Source of the DNA: Sphyrna mokarran
Taxonomy: Eukaryota
Assembly (NCBI GenBank): GCA_024679065.1
Contig: JAGIQG010000019.1
Span: 11,966,001 to 12,030,000, forward strand
Reading direction: 5' to 3'
DNA length: 64,000 bases
Positions 38,391-51,488 of this stretch are shown in pieces (position 1 is the stretch's first letter; every line of letters starts with the position of its first letter). The position numbers were made by a program, and so were the translations under genes. Below the pieces are notes generated by a model. The model had not been told where the DNA came from. It searched no databases and saw only the letters and a list, made by a program, of their open reading frames with translations.

Positions 38391-38770
38391 TCATTAAGTC
38401 TGCTCAATCATTATAATCTTTTTGGGAGGGCAGGATATATAAATATACAATTGACATCCATTTTCAACTGCAAGAAAAATCAATTTTGACATACTTGAGA
38501 GTGTTCAAGATGCAATGTTCCTTTCAGTCAAGTTAAATTAGTTTAAATAAAGCAATTTTTCCAGACTCATGGTCGATGGGGCAAATAATTGTGCTTTCAC
38601 AGAAAGTCTTCTCCATTTATGTTTTCTGAGAAATATATTGAATGTTCTCCATCATTACCTTTATCGAAAAAAGAGAGTTTTTTTTTTGCAAACAGAGTTC
38701 ACAAGCCTCACAAGATTAGAAAAATAATGATTCCCCACTCCCTACGTGCTTATAGGATTGGAAGTGCCCC

Positions 38771-39090
38771 CAGCACAGTAGCACGGTGGTTAGCACTGCT
38801 GTTTCACAGCTCCAGGGACCTGGGTTCGATTCCCAGCTTGGGTCACTGTCTGTGTGGAGTTTGCACACTCTCTCTGTGTCTGTGTGCAGTTTCCTCCCAC
38901 AGCCCAAAGATGTGCAGGTTAGGTTGATTGGCCATGCTAAATTGCCCTTAGTGTCCTGAAATGCATAGGTTAGAGGGATTAGTGGATAAAAGTGTTGGGA
39001 TATGGGGGTAGGCCTTGGAGGGACTGTGTTTGGTGCAGACTCGATGGGCTGAAGGGCCTCTTTCTACACTATATGGTTTTATAATTCTAT
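38771..39090 (+). mobile_element. HE1-like V-SINE
   Basis: Head, V-domain, CR1-type tail. Confidence 0.85.
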
Positions 39091-39897
39091 ATAAAAAAAG
39101 GTAATTGATTCAGGGTCAATTAGCAAGCAGAAATATTAATGCAAGAATTTGAAATCTGCACCTTTGAAATAGGTATTGTGGGAAGCAGGTACATTCACCT
39201 TGGACTCAGGCTGAAGTTAATTGATCAGCCTGACGATGTCTCCTTAGAATTATGTTGCAAATTATCTTAAAGGGTAGAAATGAATGGCTCTCATGGTATA
39301 TATTTGCCTTTATATTGTATGTGTGCAGATATGGTTTGATTACTACAGATCCTTTATCCAAAAACTGAACACATTGAAAACCCGCACCTTTTTTTTGAAC
39401 CTCATTGATATTCAGCGCAGGAAGTCCGTGACCTGTGCTAACGTGACCTGAACCTCTCATCGCCATCCCTGACTTTTACCGTGGGAAGTCCCTGACCCAA
39501 GCTGACATGACCCAAAGCAACACGAACCTCACTGATCCCCACCCACCCCCGACATTTATTGTGGTAAGTTCCTGGCCCAAACCAACACAAACCTTACTGA
39601 CCCTCATCGCAGATGCCCCAGACCTGAACTGAGACAACCCAAGCTGACCACACCCGACCTTTAGCATTGGAAATTCTGACCCGAGATGACACAAACCTCG
39701 CCAATCTCATCCGACCTTTAGCACAGTAAGTCTTGTTGTTTGTCTGCACATCAACACTCTGACTCCTCACATACAAGCAGAATGACAGAGTGTGCCATGA
39801 GTGGGAACTTATTTCTGATGCTTGGTATTTATTACTCAATGATACATCTTACATTTCTAGTAATTTTATTTATCCCACACCTGACATTCCCCTTTTG

Positions 39898-40650
39898 GGT
39901 GGAACAGTGGCACAACGGACCCGGATTCAAATCTGGCCTTGAGTGATTATGTGAAGTTTGCACATTCTTGCCATGTCTGCGTGGGTTTCCTCCGGGTGCT
40001 CCGATTTCCTCCAAAGATCTGCAGGTTACGTTGACCGGCCATGCTAAATTGCCCCTTAGTATGTGGAGGTTAGATTATAACATTAGAGGCAGGACGTGAA
40101 TGCACTAGAAGAGGTGCAGGGGGGATTTACCAGGATGTTGCCTGAGATGGAAGTTAGGTGGGATTGTTTTTGTTGGAGCAAAGGGGTGACTTGACTGAGA
40201 TGTTCAAGATTACGAGGGGCAAGGACAGATGGAAAGGGAGCAGCTGTAAGGTCAGTTATGAGGCAATACAACTTAAGGTTTAGGGGGTATTTGAGGAAAA
40301 ACTTGCTTACCCAGAGGGTGGTGATGACTTGGGATGCATTGCCTGTGATGGTGGTGGAGGCAGGATGCCTCGCATCCTTTAAAAAGTACCTGGATGAGGA
40401 CTTGATACACCGTAATATTCAATGCTATGGGCCAAGTGCTGGCAAGTGGGATTAGGTGGGCAGGTCAGGGCATTTCATGCCTCGGTGCAGGCTTGATGGG
40501 CTGAATGGCCTCGTCAGTGCAGTAGTATTCTGTGATTAGCTGTGTCAAATGTGTGGGTTTATGGGGAGAGAAAGGGCCTGGATAAGATACTGTGTTGGAG
40601 AATTGGTGCAGATGGGCCAAATGACCTCTTCTTCATTGTAGGATTCGATA
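39898..40650 (+). mobile_element. V-SINE interrupted by a CR1 3' fragment (~40085-40535)
   Basis: SINE body stops at ttagatta and resumes at ttagctgtgtc; insert encodes LTQRVVMTWDALP. Confidence 0.75.
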
Positions 40651-41054
40651 ATTGACCATAGCTGGCTTTGGCTTTGGCCGTTATAATGTATGTAATACTA
40701 GGCCTGTATGTGGCATCAAAAACTAAAACCTCAACTTCTGAAACTCGATCAATCCTGAGATTTTTGGATAAAAGATATTTGACCTGTAGAGTGTAGCTTT
40801 GTATCTCCGCAACTAATTCGATGTGGATTGCATCAGAAAAAAAATCACCCAGTTCACGATCTGCTGAATCTTTGCTAATTTTCAGCAGTGTGATTTTTTT
40901 TTAAATGTATTATCAACTGTCTCAGCAGCGAGGTTATCACAGCGAGGAAATGAGGCAATCAAGATGTTAACATATTTTGGGTGACAGTGTGGGAAGAAGG
41001 AAGTATTAAAAGTAAGGAGATTCATGGTCAAGTGTTTCCAAAGCAATGTAAAGT

Positions 41055-41330
41055 TTACCTTTAATTTATTAGTCACAAGTAGGCTCACATTAACATTGCA
41101 ATGAGGTTACAGTGAAACTCTCCTAGTCACCACACTCTGGTGTTTGTTCGGGTCAATATACCTAACCAGCACATCTTTCAGAGTATGGGAGGAAACTGGA
41201 GCACCCAGAGGAAATGCACGCAGACACAGGGAGAATGTGCAAACTCCACACAGACAGTGACCCAAGCCAGGAATCGAACCTGGGTCCCTGATGCTGTGAG
41301 GCAGCAGTGCTAACCACTGTGCCACCATGC
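41055..41330 (-). mobile_element. V-SINE, tail type B
   Basis: tttattagtcacaagtaggctcacattaac...ctaaccactgtgccaccatgcc. Confidence 0.9.
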
Positions 41331-41704
41331 CATATTTGGCAGAAAACAAAATGAAACAGACCAATTGCTGCGACATTACTTAATTTAATGAGATATTCAA
41401 TTAGGATCATTATTCATTGGAAAATTACACAAAATTACTTTTGATTGTTTTCTTGGATTGAGAGATTGTAAATTTTTCTAACCTTGCCTCTGTACTGAAA
41501 AGCAGCTCTTTATTTAAGTGGTGAAGTTAAAGTTGCCTCAAACATATAATGGGGCTCACTAAGATCACATTATGTGATACCGCATTAGGAACCAACTTCA
41601 TAAGTAGACATTTAATTACAATCAGGAAAAAAATGTGTTTAACTATGAGCACTAATACCCTTGAGAATTAGAAAATAAATCAAGCCTAATGGACTATTTT
41701 AAAA

Positions 41705-42017
41705 GGATGGTATGTAGCATAATGGTTAGCACTGCTGTCTCAGAATGTTAGGAACATGGGTTCAATTCTGGCCTTGGGTGACTGTTTGCACATTCTCTCT
41801 TTCAGTTTCCTCTCACAGTCCAAAGATGTACAGTTTAGGCCATGCTAAATTGCCCCTTAGTGTCCTAAGATCTGTAGGTTATATGGATTAGCTGTATGGA
41901 TACGTGAAGGTTACAGGGATAGGGCAGGGGAGAAGCCTTGGGTAAGATGCTCTGTCAGAGAGTCAGTGCAGACTCAAGGGGCTGAATGGCCTCTCCTGTA
42001 CTGTAAGGATCCTATCA
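41705..42017 (+). mobile_element. HE1-like V-SINE
   Basis: Head, duplicated unit, CR1-type tail. Confidence 0.8.
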
Positions 42018-42679
42018 TATCTTGATGTCAGCTTTGTGAATCCATCATGGTAGACGTGATTGAATTAGATTTCTAATGTAGTCTACAGCTGGACTCTCAG
42101 ACATCCTGCCATCTCTCTTTACCTGTCCTTTCAAAATACAACTAATCAGGCCAGGTGCTGATTTCACTTCTCCTCTGTGAAGCTCTAGGCTTACTTAAGG
42201 CACTACATAAATGCATTTTTAAAAAGGATGGTGAAAGAAACCAGCCAGTGATCCACTAAGCAAGTGTCTTTCTCATTCATTCATGGAAAGTGGGCATCAC
42301 TGACTGGGCCAGCATTTATTACCCATTCCTTATGGCTTTTGAACTGAACAGTAGATTGCTACACTATTTCAATAGCGATTTAAGGATTGGTCTGGAGTCA
42401 CATGTAGGTTAAGGATGGCAGAGTTAAAGGAAATTGGTGAACCAGATGGGTTTTTATGACAATTGACAATGCTTTCATATTGTCATTAAACTTTAAATTC
42501 CAGATTTTTATTAAATACAAATTCCACTATCCATTCAAACCTGGGTCCCATGATTACTAGTCCATTAACACTGCTATTATGCCAGCATATTGCTTATAAA
42601 ACAACTGTATCTCTATTTAAACAATGGACAGTGCGCCACTACATATATAGATTTGAATATAAACATTGAAGGGATATTA

Positions 42680-43052
42680 CTAAAAATGAATTACTGCAGA
42701 TGTTGGAACTGAAACCAAAGGATAAAATGATGGGAAATCTCACCAGGTCTGGCAGCATCTGTGAGGAGAGAAAAGAGATGACGTTTCGAGCCCAGATGAC
42801 CCTTTGTCAAAGCTAAAAGGTTTGGCTATTCACAGCTTCTATTCTCTCTATGAACAGTCATTAGCACCTCTTAGCCTTTCCTCTTGTTTTTGTGGCTATG
42901 ACTCATTCCCTCACCCTACAGTATAAATATCTCCCACTTCCTGTGATTTCTGGCTTTGTCAAAGGATCATCGGCACTCGAAACATTGGGCTTTTTTCTCT
43001 TCTCATTGATGCTGCCAGACCTGCTGAACTTTTCCAGCATTTTCTCCTTTGG
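42680..43052. mobile_element. Second-lineage Penelope-like pLTR fold-back (solo piece also ~43325-43445)
   Basis: caggtctggcagcatc...tttcgag...ctttgtcaaag mirrored by ctttgtcaaagg...ctcgaaac...gatgctgccagacctg. Confidence 0.7.
42775..42816 (-). ncRNA. Hammerhead-like core with U3-A8 variant
   Basis: Minus strand AGCT-TTGACAA-A-GGGTC-ATCTG-GGCTC-GAAAC-GTC. Confidence 0.5.
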
Positions 43053-44490
43053 TCAAGGGATATCAGTGGTGGACAGTTCTAACAAGGTGAATATATAAAT
43101 ATAGTCAGATATGCAGTGATCCATTCCTCCAGGTCCATTATCCCTCTGAGGTTCAATTCTGATCATTTTGCTTTACGATTCTCAGAAATTGCTTTTGGGT
43201 TTCCAGCATAAGTTTGTCAGATGTACACATTTCCGAAGTAGATAAGGTAAAGTGAATTTAAATGACACCCACGACCCATTCCAGTTCAGGCTAATCAGGA
43301 CGTTTGGCAACAAAAGAAAAGAGCTGAGGTCCACTCAAAATGCTAGCTCTTTTCTCTCCTTACCGATGTTGCCAGACCTGCTGAGATTTTCCAGCAGTTT
43401 CTCTTTTGGTTTCAGATTTCAACCTCCGCAGTAAATTTGCTATTATCATTTTGCTACAATAACTGTTTGCAAAAGGAGCTCTTGCTCATTTCCAGCAATG
43501 ACTCATCATTCAAAAGGAAATGCACTTAAGCTTCAATCAGAGCAACTATATTTCTTCCACGTGTAATAGGTGACATTTTGTGCTGGAACACAGGACCCAC
43601 ATTCTGCAATTACTCCCTGTAAGCGAGTGCTCATTACATGTGAAGATTTATTCTGAGAGGGACACCATAAAAGGAATTTTGCACATAGTGTAAATCGGGA
43701 AAATGGGCTTGAAATCTAGAGAGGTGAGTCACATCAACTTTACACGCAAGGTATATAAAAAAATTACAACATATTTAAACTCCACATGTTACAACTGACT
43801 GACATTTATGTGAGAGCTTACATGGTGCATTGACAGATTATTCAACCCTTATTCAAGGCAAATCTGTCATCATCTGGGCTCCAAAATAGAACACTTCCGT
43901 CAGGAGAAACCTAAAAAGCGTATGGGAACCATATCAGACTTTTCCCTCCCTAAGCCAGGGGAATTAAGTTCCGAATCCTTTCAGTCACCTTGACTGAGAA
44001 CTGAACACTCATTCTAGACGGATTGTGGCTAGGACCTGCCTCGGTCTTGTGACTCACTAGGCAGCATCTCTGCCTCCAAGCCAGATTCTAGTTCAAATCC
44101 TACTCCAGAACTTGTTGGCCATGAGGGAGTGTTCATGATGCAGTTGAACCGGTTTTTATGCAACCTTCGAATCCTTCCAACACTATTCCCCACATGGGAA
44201 AGAGTATGTTGAGCCTAGTTTGAATAGATTGGCTGCTCTCTATCTCAACCTGGCTGATGTCCCAGTGGAGTATTACTTTGATCAAAGACAATGCTAAGGA
44301 GTTGTGTACATTACTAAATTTGATTAACCAAGGTTAGGAGCTGAATAAACTCTGATTAGCACAGCAGAGAGACGGAGCATAACATTGAAACTGAAAACTT
44401 TGCAATTTAATTGCGCCAGATCAGAATGTAGCCCGTGCCCTGTGATTGGGATGCAGCTCCTTGAAGCTACATCCCTGCTTATGACATTAA

Positions 44491-44711
44491 TCATGATGTA
44501 GAGATGCTGGTGTTAGGTTGGGGTAAACACAGTAAGAAGTCTCACAACACCAGATTTAAATCCAATCAGTTTATTTGATAGTAATCCCACAAGCTTTCTT
44601 TGATCAGAACCTTCCGCATACCTGACGAAGGCACACCGTTTTCAAAAGCTTGCGTGATTACTATCAAATAAACTGGTTGGACTTAAATCTGGTGTTGTGA
44701 GATTTCTTACT
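44491..44711. mobile_element. Penelope pLTR fold-back mini-element with TSD
   Basis: Arms 44531-44597 / 44645-44711; tatgacattaatc repeated at 44480-44492 and 44711-44723; degenerate CTGACGA...AAAAGCTT core. Confidence 0.85.
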
Positions 44712-44831
44712 ATGACATTAATCCACAGGCATGAGGGTGTCCTGAAGAAGCAGGATCTGGATTTATATAGATTAATCATGGTAGATTCTTACTGTTGTCT
44801 ATCACACTGACAGGTACTAGATTGAATGCAT

Positions 44832-45055
44832 ACTACACATAGACACATGGGCGTTTAATGTGTATGTGCATATACAATGTAATATGCGTATGGTATGTAT
44901 ATGTGTGCAATGTCAATGACAGGTGCTGGAATGGATGTATCTGCACACTACACATACACACATGTGGTTGATATATATGTGTGTGTGTGTGTGGTAATAC
45001 ATGTGTGTTGTACATATGTATGCAACTACACACATACAAACACACGTGTACTCAC
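44832..45055. repeat. Degenerate (TG/CA/TA)n low-complexity tract
   Basis: Alternating purine-pyrimidine runs. Confidence 0.8.
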
Positions 45056-45951
45056 AAATGTGGTTCAATCATCCCACATGAATCCAGTTTTTAAATTTAC
45101 ATCTCTTACAATGGACGTTATTGATAAACTCATTCCTTCTCAGCTGCTAGAATGTAGCTGATATGTTTGCCTATTTGATTTCAGATGGCTTACTATCAAA
45201 TTGATCAAAATACGAATCTAAGTACAAAGCCAGGTGTCACAAGCAATTTCTGATTCGTTCTTGCCAGGACGAAAGAATGATTGTGTGTGTATGTGAGAGA
45301 GAGGGAGAGAGTTGTTCCCTTGGGAAGAGCAGGTCTATTCAAACTCGCGCAATGAAAAAGGTCAACATTAAACTCCTTGGATCCCATTTATTGAATAAAA
45401 TGCATCAATTTTGCAAATCACCAAAAGGAAGAGGGAAAAAAAACAACCCAACTGACCTTAAATCGATTCTGACAGTTCCGCAAATTAACAACCCAAAAAC
45501 AGTTTAATCAGCAGCTTCCCCAGTCTAACCAACAATGAAATGAATCAAAACTTCCAGGTTAGTCTATTCATGCAAGGTGACCAATACAGAAAATTAGACA
45601 GTGAGGCAGGATGTGTAAGTTGGGCGCAGGGGCAACCTGGAATATAAAAGTCTGGTGGAGAGGGGGGAAATCAAAGTGAATTCATTCTGCTTGGAAAATT
45701 ATATTGTGCCAAGACAATCTTTTGTTTCAGTCCTGGTTTTTAATGGTGAGAGCACAGTGGGGGAACAGCAGCACTTTATACATACAGAACACTCACACAA
45801 GACCTTAAGGACACAGAGGGAATTGACAAGAATTCCAACCTGTGTTTGTACCAAACGCCAGTCCCCCCCCCCCCACGCCCCCAGCTCCCCACTGATGGAC
45901 ACGCTTTCAAACGGCGATACATCACCAGCTCAAGGCTGCGTTCCCACTTAC

Positions 45952-46026
45952 CTTTATGGCGAAAAGGAAACAAGCGATAAAAAGCACCATTGAGCAAACG
46001 GCTCCTCTTTGCAGATCCCAATGCAT
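45952..46026 (-). CDS. Candidate first coding exon, signal-peptide-like (MHWDLQRGAVCSMVLFIACFLFAIK), gene unidentified
   Basis: ATG right after an in-frame TAA, 25 codons with hydrophobic core, consensus donor AAG|GTAAGT (phase 0), TE-free CpG-enriched context. Confidence 0.6.
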
Positions 46027-46520
46027 TTAACAGAGATGGAGAGATGTGGCAGGAGGATGCGCTGCTGACACAGACAATGGCGTTTTGCTGCAGCATCGGA
46101 TCACTCGCACTGTCTCCGCTGCCTCTGCATGCTGCACACTGCCTTTCAGCTGGATGTCCCTCCCTTCACTCTCACTGTCACGACCACCGCCTGTGGCTCA
46201 CGGCCACCGCAAAACAACAACAACAACAAAAAAAAATGATGGACTTCCTTATTGTCCTTATGCCCCACACTTAGCTGGCGTACTGATCATCTCCTGTTTG
46301 TGAGCCCTCCATCAGTGTGTGTGTGTGTGTGTGTTGCATTTGATCAATGGGCAGGGAGAATCCCCACACAAAAAGCTCATTCTCCTTGCCGTAACCCCGC
46401 CTCTCTCTCCTCTCCCTCTCTCCTCTAGGGAGACTGTGTGGCTCCTCCAGCCTGGAACCAAGAGTGCGGCTCTATTCAAAACATCCCTCCCCACAGTTTG
46501 CAGTTCCATTAACTGATTCT
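46027..46520 (-). promoter_or_regulatory. Putative 5' UTR/promoter of the minus-strand gene
   Basis: CpG-enriched, TE-free, GA-rich tract, GC box-like gaggcgggg, (CA)n and (TTG)n microsatellites. Confidence 0.45.
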
Positions 46521-46799
46521 TATGTCATCTTATGTAAAGCAACAATCATCTGGAGAAAGAGAGAGAGAGAAAAAGATTGCAATTCAGAGGGGAATTGGGT
46601 GATTGTCAGAATATTTCACTGCTGACTGAATGTCAGAAAGGTAATGTTCAGTTAAAAAAAACACTCTTTTCTAAATTCTGCAAGCATTCTAATCCAGACT
46701 CAATCAATAACATGTATTTTTCTAACAGAATTGAAGGGACCTTATCCTTCAGTTTGGAAGTAGTGGCTGGAAGATCATCTCCAACAATAAACAGCATCG

Positions 46800-47088
46800 C
46801 AGAATCGCTATTGCAGAAGAAGGCCATTTGACCCATCAAGCCTATACCCTCAACAGTTCCATCCTATACGTCCCTGTAACCCCACATATTTACCCTGCAA
46901 ATTCTCCAAATTATGAGACAATTCCACCTAAGCTGCACATCTTTGGGCTGTGATAGGAAACCAGAGCACTTGGAGGAAACTCACATAGGCATGGGGAGAA
47001 AGTGCAAACTCCACACAGTCAGCCAAATTCGGAATTGAACCCAGGTTCCTGGTGCTATGAGGCAATCGTGCTAACCACTGTGCCATCC
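46800..47088 (-). mobile_element. HE1-like V-SINE
   Basis: gcagaagaaggccattt...ctaaccactgtgccatc. Confidence 0.8.
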
Positions 47089-48799
47089 TTGTTCTTGAAG
47101 TCACAACACGTAGGCACTCCCACTTCCTTCAAATCTGTTTTTGGATAACTAAATAATAAAAGTTCTCAGTGAAAATATTCATAATAATGATATTTGTTGT
47201 ATTTAATTAAATCTATCATCATCAATTCATTTGAATAGTAAATCCTGACATAATTCCTAATATACGTTTTTTTAAATGAGATATGGGTTTCACTGGCTGG
47301 GCCAGATTTGTTGCCCATCCTTAAATGCTCATGAACTGACCGGCTTGCTGGGTTATTTCAGAGGATAACTAAGGTTCAACCACATTACTGAGGGTCTGGA
47401 GTCACATTTAGGCAGATTTTCTTTCCTAAGGGACATTAGTAAACCCAGATTTTTACAGCTATCAATGATAGGTCACCAGATCTATCAAAATCAGGGGGAT
47501 GGAAGAGAAATGCAGCCAGAATAGAAGAGCAGCAACCTCAAATAATGAAAGAAGGACTACAATTTTTCATGTTCTGTGGATATAGATATAAACCACAGAC
47601 TCAGGTTTGTGTACCAATCCTTGAAAAGTCACGACTCGTGACTTCCTCCACTCAATCACAATCAAGTTGACTAAGGAATGAATATTGCCTTTGCTATAAC
47701 TAATCTGGAATTGAGATCTGCTTTTCATTTACCAAATGTGCATTTTCAGTTGCCGTTTAATTGTTCCCTTCAGTTCTATTGATTAACCAATAATAGCTGG
47801 AAGTGTGATGTCTGTTATTGGTCAGGAATTTATCGGATGTTGGAAGGTGAACTATTAGCATTTGTACCTCTGAATCCTACCACAAATTGAAGATTAAGCA
47901 CAAACACTTGGATTTTCCAGTCGCACTCACGCCAAGACCAGAAAATCCCATCCGAGGTCAACGGACATTTGCGTGGCCCTGTCCCACTTGCTACGGTTCC
48001 TGTGGCAGGCGGGATGCCCTGTAGTTGAGCTGTGTCATTCACATCCTTGTTATAGGCTTCATAATGGGACTTTACCCTATGCCTGTAGCCCCCAAACTGG
48101 CAATCAGCGAAATCAATTGACCTAACGATAACTTCCTCTTTATCACTCTCATGTCATCACTACTAAATGTAGGTGAGGTGCAACTGGGTTGTTAATGGTG
48201 GTCAGACCAAACACTATTGCTGACAACTGAAGTGGCCCTGAAAAATATTTAATTAAATGTCTCCATTATGATTAATTATGAGGCCTGGAATTTTCAATCA
48301 CCCTTGGGCAGATGAGGGTGTGTTTTGACAAAAGCATCCCTGGATGGCATGTCTTCGAGGAAGCATTGGGATTTTCACAGCTGGGAGCCCATTTGCCTCC
48401 AATGAGTTATTGGTTAAGCTTCTTGAAGAACTTGGTGATGGCTAGGGAGAGACCAGAATTTTCAAATCACATATCACCAAACTCAAGTAGTGTGGTGCAC
48501 GGTAACGCACAGTTGCCAGTTGCAAGGGGGGCGCTGCCAAGTCCTGTTTGTTAAAGGAAACTAAGTTAACTTGTCTTTGATTGGGTGCTGTGCTCTTGAG
48601 TTGACTGTTTGACCACTTGATTGTGCCATGAGATTGCTAGGCCTTTGACATCCAGTCTCCCCAAGCTAACAGCCAGTGCCATCATAGCTGTCTTCTGCCT
48701 TTGAGGATTGCACGCAGCAGCCAGCTCCCGTTCCCTGTCTGAACTGGGCATTGAGCTCTTTGCTGGACCCAATTAGAGCATCGGTGTATGATTTGATTT

Positions 48800-49135
48800 G
48801 CTTTGGTGTGATTTGATTTATTATTGTCACATGTATTAGCATACAGCGAAAAATATTGTTTCTTCTGCGTTATGTAGACAAAGCATACTGTTCATAGAGA
48901 AGGAAAGGAGCGAGTGCAGAATATAATGTTACAGTCATAGCTAGGGTGTAGAGAAAGATCAACTCAATGCAAGGTAAATCCATTCAAAAGTCTGACAGTA
49001 GCAGGAAAGAAGCTGTTCTTGAGTCTGTTGGTAGGTGACCTCAACAACTGGAAGTGTCGACAGAGTCAATAGAAGGGAAACTGGTTTGCGTGATGGATTG
49101 GGCAACATTCACAACCTTTTGTAGTTCCTTGCATC
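48800..49135 (-). mobile_element. Rex1/Babar-like LINE 3' end
   Basis: tgatttgatttattattgtcacatg...gcaggaaagaagctgttcttgagtctgttggt (reverse of TNRLKNSFFPA). Confidence 0.85.
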
Positions 49136-49707
49136 TTCCTTGTATGAAGATTGCATCTCGTGAGTGACACAGATGTAATAGAGGATCAGGGCCCTAAAAT
49201 CATTCAGCTACTGAGTCCCCAACCCCAGGCACAAAACCAAGTCCTAGATTTTTGGAAGCGGGCTGGAATTTTCTGTTCCTATATTTGGCAGGACCCAGCC
49301 TGGACTATTTAAAACATTTTAAAAACAATTTTTTTTTAAAGTTTCTCCACGATATTTCAGCTACTATATTTTGTTCTCTGTGATTGTTAAAAAAAGTATT
49401 TTGATCATTAGTGCAATTCATTTCCTGCTTGACTGTCTGTGAGAATTCTTTAATGTGGTTGGCTGCTTGGACTACTGTTCGTGCCTGGGCATCCCCATTG
49501 TAATAACAATGCAACCAATTGCATATTGAAAGGGTTTTGTCACAAAGATATAGATGTTTTGGCCAGACTTACTTCAAGCTCTGCAGCAACTGACTACAAA
49601 ATCTGGGCCAACATACCTCACACACAGGGTAAACTCATGATTTATTATTTATTTTTCGACTCTTACCATCATCTGTTGTTTTGTTTAAAATCTACAACAT
49701 TGATTTC

Positions 49708-50070
49708 ACAGAATCAGGGAGACTTATAGTGCAGAAGGAGGCCATTCAGCCCATTGAGTCTGCACCGAGTCTCTGAGAAAACATCTCAACCAGGACCAAC
49801 ACCTCCTACCTCCCCACCCTATCTCCGTAACCTCAGACATTTATCCAGCTAATCTGATTAACCTATACATTTTTGGACACTGAGGGGCGATTTAGCATGG
49901 CCAAACCATCTAACCTGCATATTTTTGGATTGTGGGATGAAACCGGAACACCTGAAGGAAACTCACGCAAACACAGGGAGAACATGCAAATTCCACAGAG
50001 GGTCACCCAAGGCCGGAACTGAACCTGAGTGCCTGGTGCTATGAGGCAACAGTGCTAACCACTGTGCACC
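49708..50070 (-). mobile_element. HE1-like V-SINE
   Basis: Full head-to-tail on minus strand with duplicated unit. Confidence 0.85.
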
Positions 50071-50769
50071 AATTATTTACTCATCCATTCCTTTTTATTT
50101 CTTTCAGTTGCATCCTGTTTATTAGAATGACTTATTAGAACATTACTTGGGGTTTAGATCTGTGCTTTTGTATTACACTGTGGCCAGAATACACAATCTT
50201 GGTTTGAGTACCTTTTCAAAGTTCACATGTGTGGTTGTGCTTGAAGTTTCTCCCAGTCGATTGGCCAATTGGAAAGCAACAACAAAAATACTGCTCAACA
50301 GGTTAACCAGCCAGTTAAGATGACATAATAACAGATAGAAATAACGCATGAGTCAGGACAACAGCTGGAATTTCTGACAGAAATGGAGAGAGGCAGCAGA
50401 AAGTGTGAGACCAACGTTGACAATCACATTGAGGAGAGAGAAGATCCAAAAAAATGCTCCCTTGTGAAGTGGAGAGGCATTGAGTCAACATTTGGATGGC
50501 TGAAAAGACTACCATGCAGGACATTGATGTAGAATTAATTTAGCAGGAGATCCTGGGGGGATACTTGGAAGAGAAGTGTCAAGGCAAAAAAAAAGTGAGA
50601 ATAAAAGTAAATAAATGTGGCTTGACCATGTGTGGTGATAGTCTTCAAACTACTATAGGTGTCAGACAAGTTCACTTGCGTACAACCATTATCTAACAAA
50701 GCAGTTAGAAGAACCTAGAATAGTTGGCATCACAACTATTAATATAAAAGTTCCAAGTATCTCACAATT

Positions 50770-51017
50770 AGTATAAGCATTCAGTTCTGGCCTCACATCA
50801 CTGTCAATTTGGAATTTGTACTTTTTTGCCTATGTCTGCGTATGTGCAAAGATCTATGGGTTAGGTGGATTGAGCTTGCTAAATTGCCCCTTAGCATCCC
50901 AAGATGTGTAGGGGGATTAGCAGAGTAAATGTTTCAAGTTACGGGGATAAGAGTTGATGCAGATTTGATAGGCTGAATGGCCTCCTCCTGTACTGTAGGG
51001 ATTCTATGATTTTATGA
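50770..51017 (+). mobile_element. Divergent HE1-like V-SINE
   Basis: gctaaattgccccttag...ggctgaatggcctcctcctgtactgtagggattctatg. Confidence 0.7.
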
Positions 51018-51357
51018 GGAAGCGATCATTTAGAAGAGCTTGAGAAGGATCACACGAAAAGGATCAGTTGCGGTGAAGGGTTATTTCAGAGTAGAGACGG
51101 AAAGAGAGAGGAAGAGATACTTTCAAGAGAGGGATCGAGACAGTCGGGTCCAGATGGATGAATTTTCTGCTACCAATGGTGAGAGAAATGGGAGGAGTGA
51201 CATACAAAATGCTGGAGTCAGGGGGTACTTAACCCAAGTTGGCACAGTCATCTGCAGCAAATACAACTCCCATACAAGGAAGGCACGGTCCTGTAGTCCA
51301 GCAGTGGAGAATCAGCAGTGATAATAGCTTGGAAAGACCATGGTGAGGACAATTACT

Positions 51358-51488
51358 TATCTGATGAAGGAGCAGTGCTCCGAAAGCTAGTGGCTTGTGC
51401 TACCAGATAAACCTGCTGGACTTTAGCCTGATGTTGTGAGGCTTCTTACTGTGTTTATCCCAGTCCAACGCCGGCATCTCCACATCAT
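51358..51488 (+). mobile_element. Solo Penelope pLTR with hammerhead core, TSD-flanked
   Basis: CTGATGA-A-GGAGC-AGT-GCTCC-GAAA-GCTA; gacaattact at 51348-51357 and 51489-51498. Confidence 0.85.

Noticed and set aside
39341-40787. Tigger/pogo-like TIR pair (ttttatccaaaaa-type)
   Set aside because: Left end only partly matches and the interior is filled by other repeats; too uncertain to call
48515-48540. CTCF-like motif gcaaggggggcgctg
   Set aside because: Only the 3' half matches the consensus
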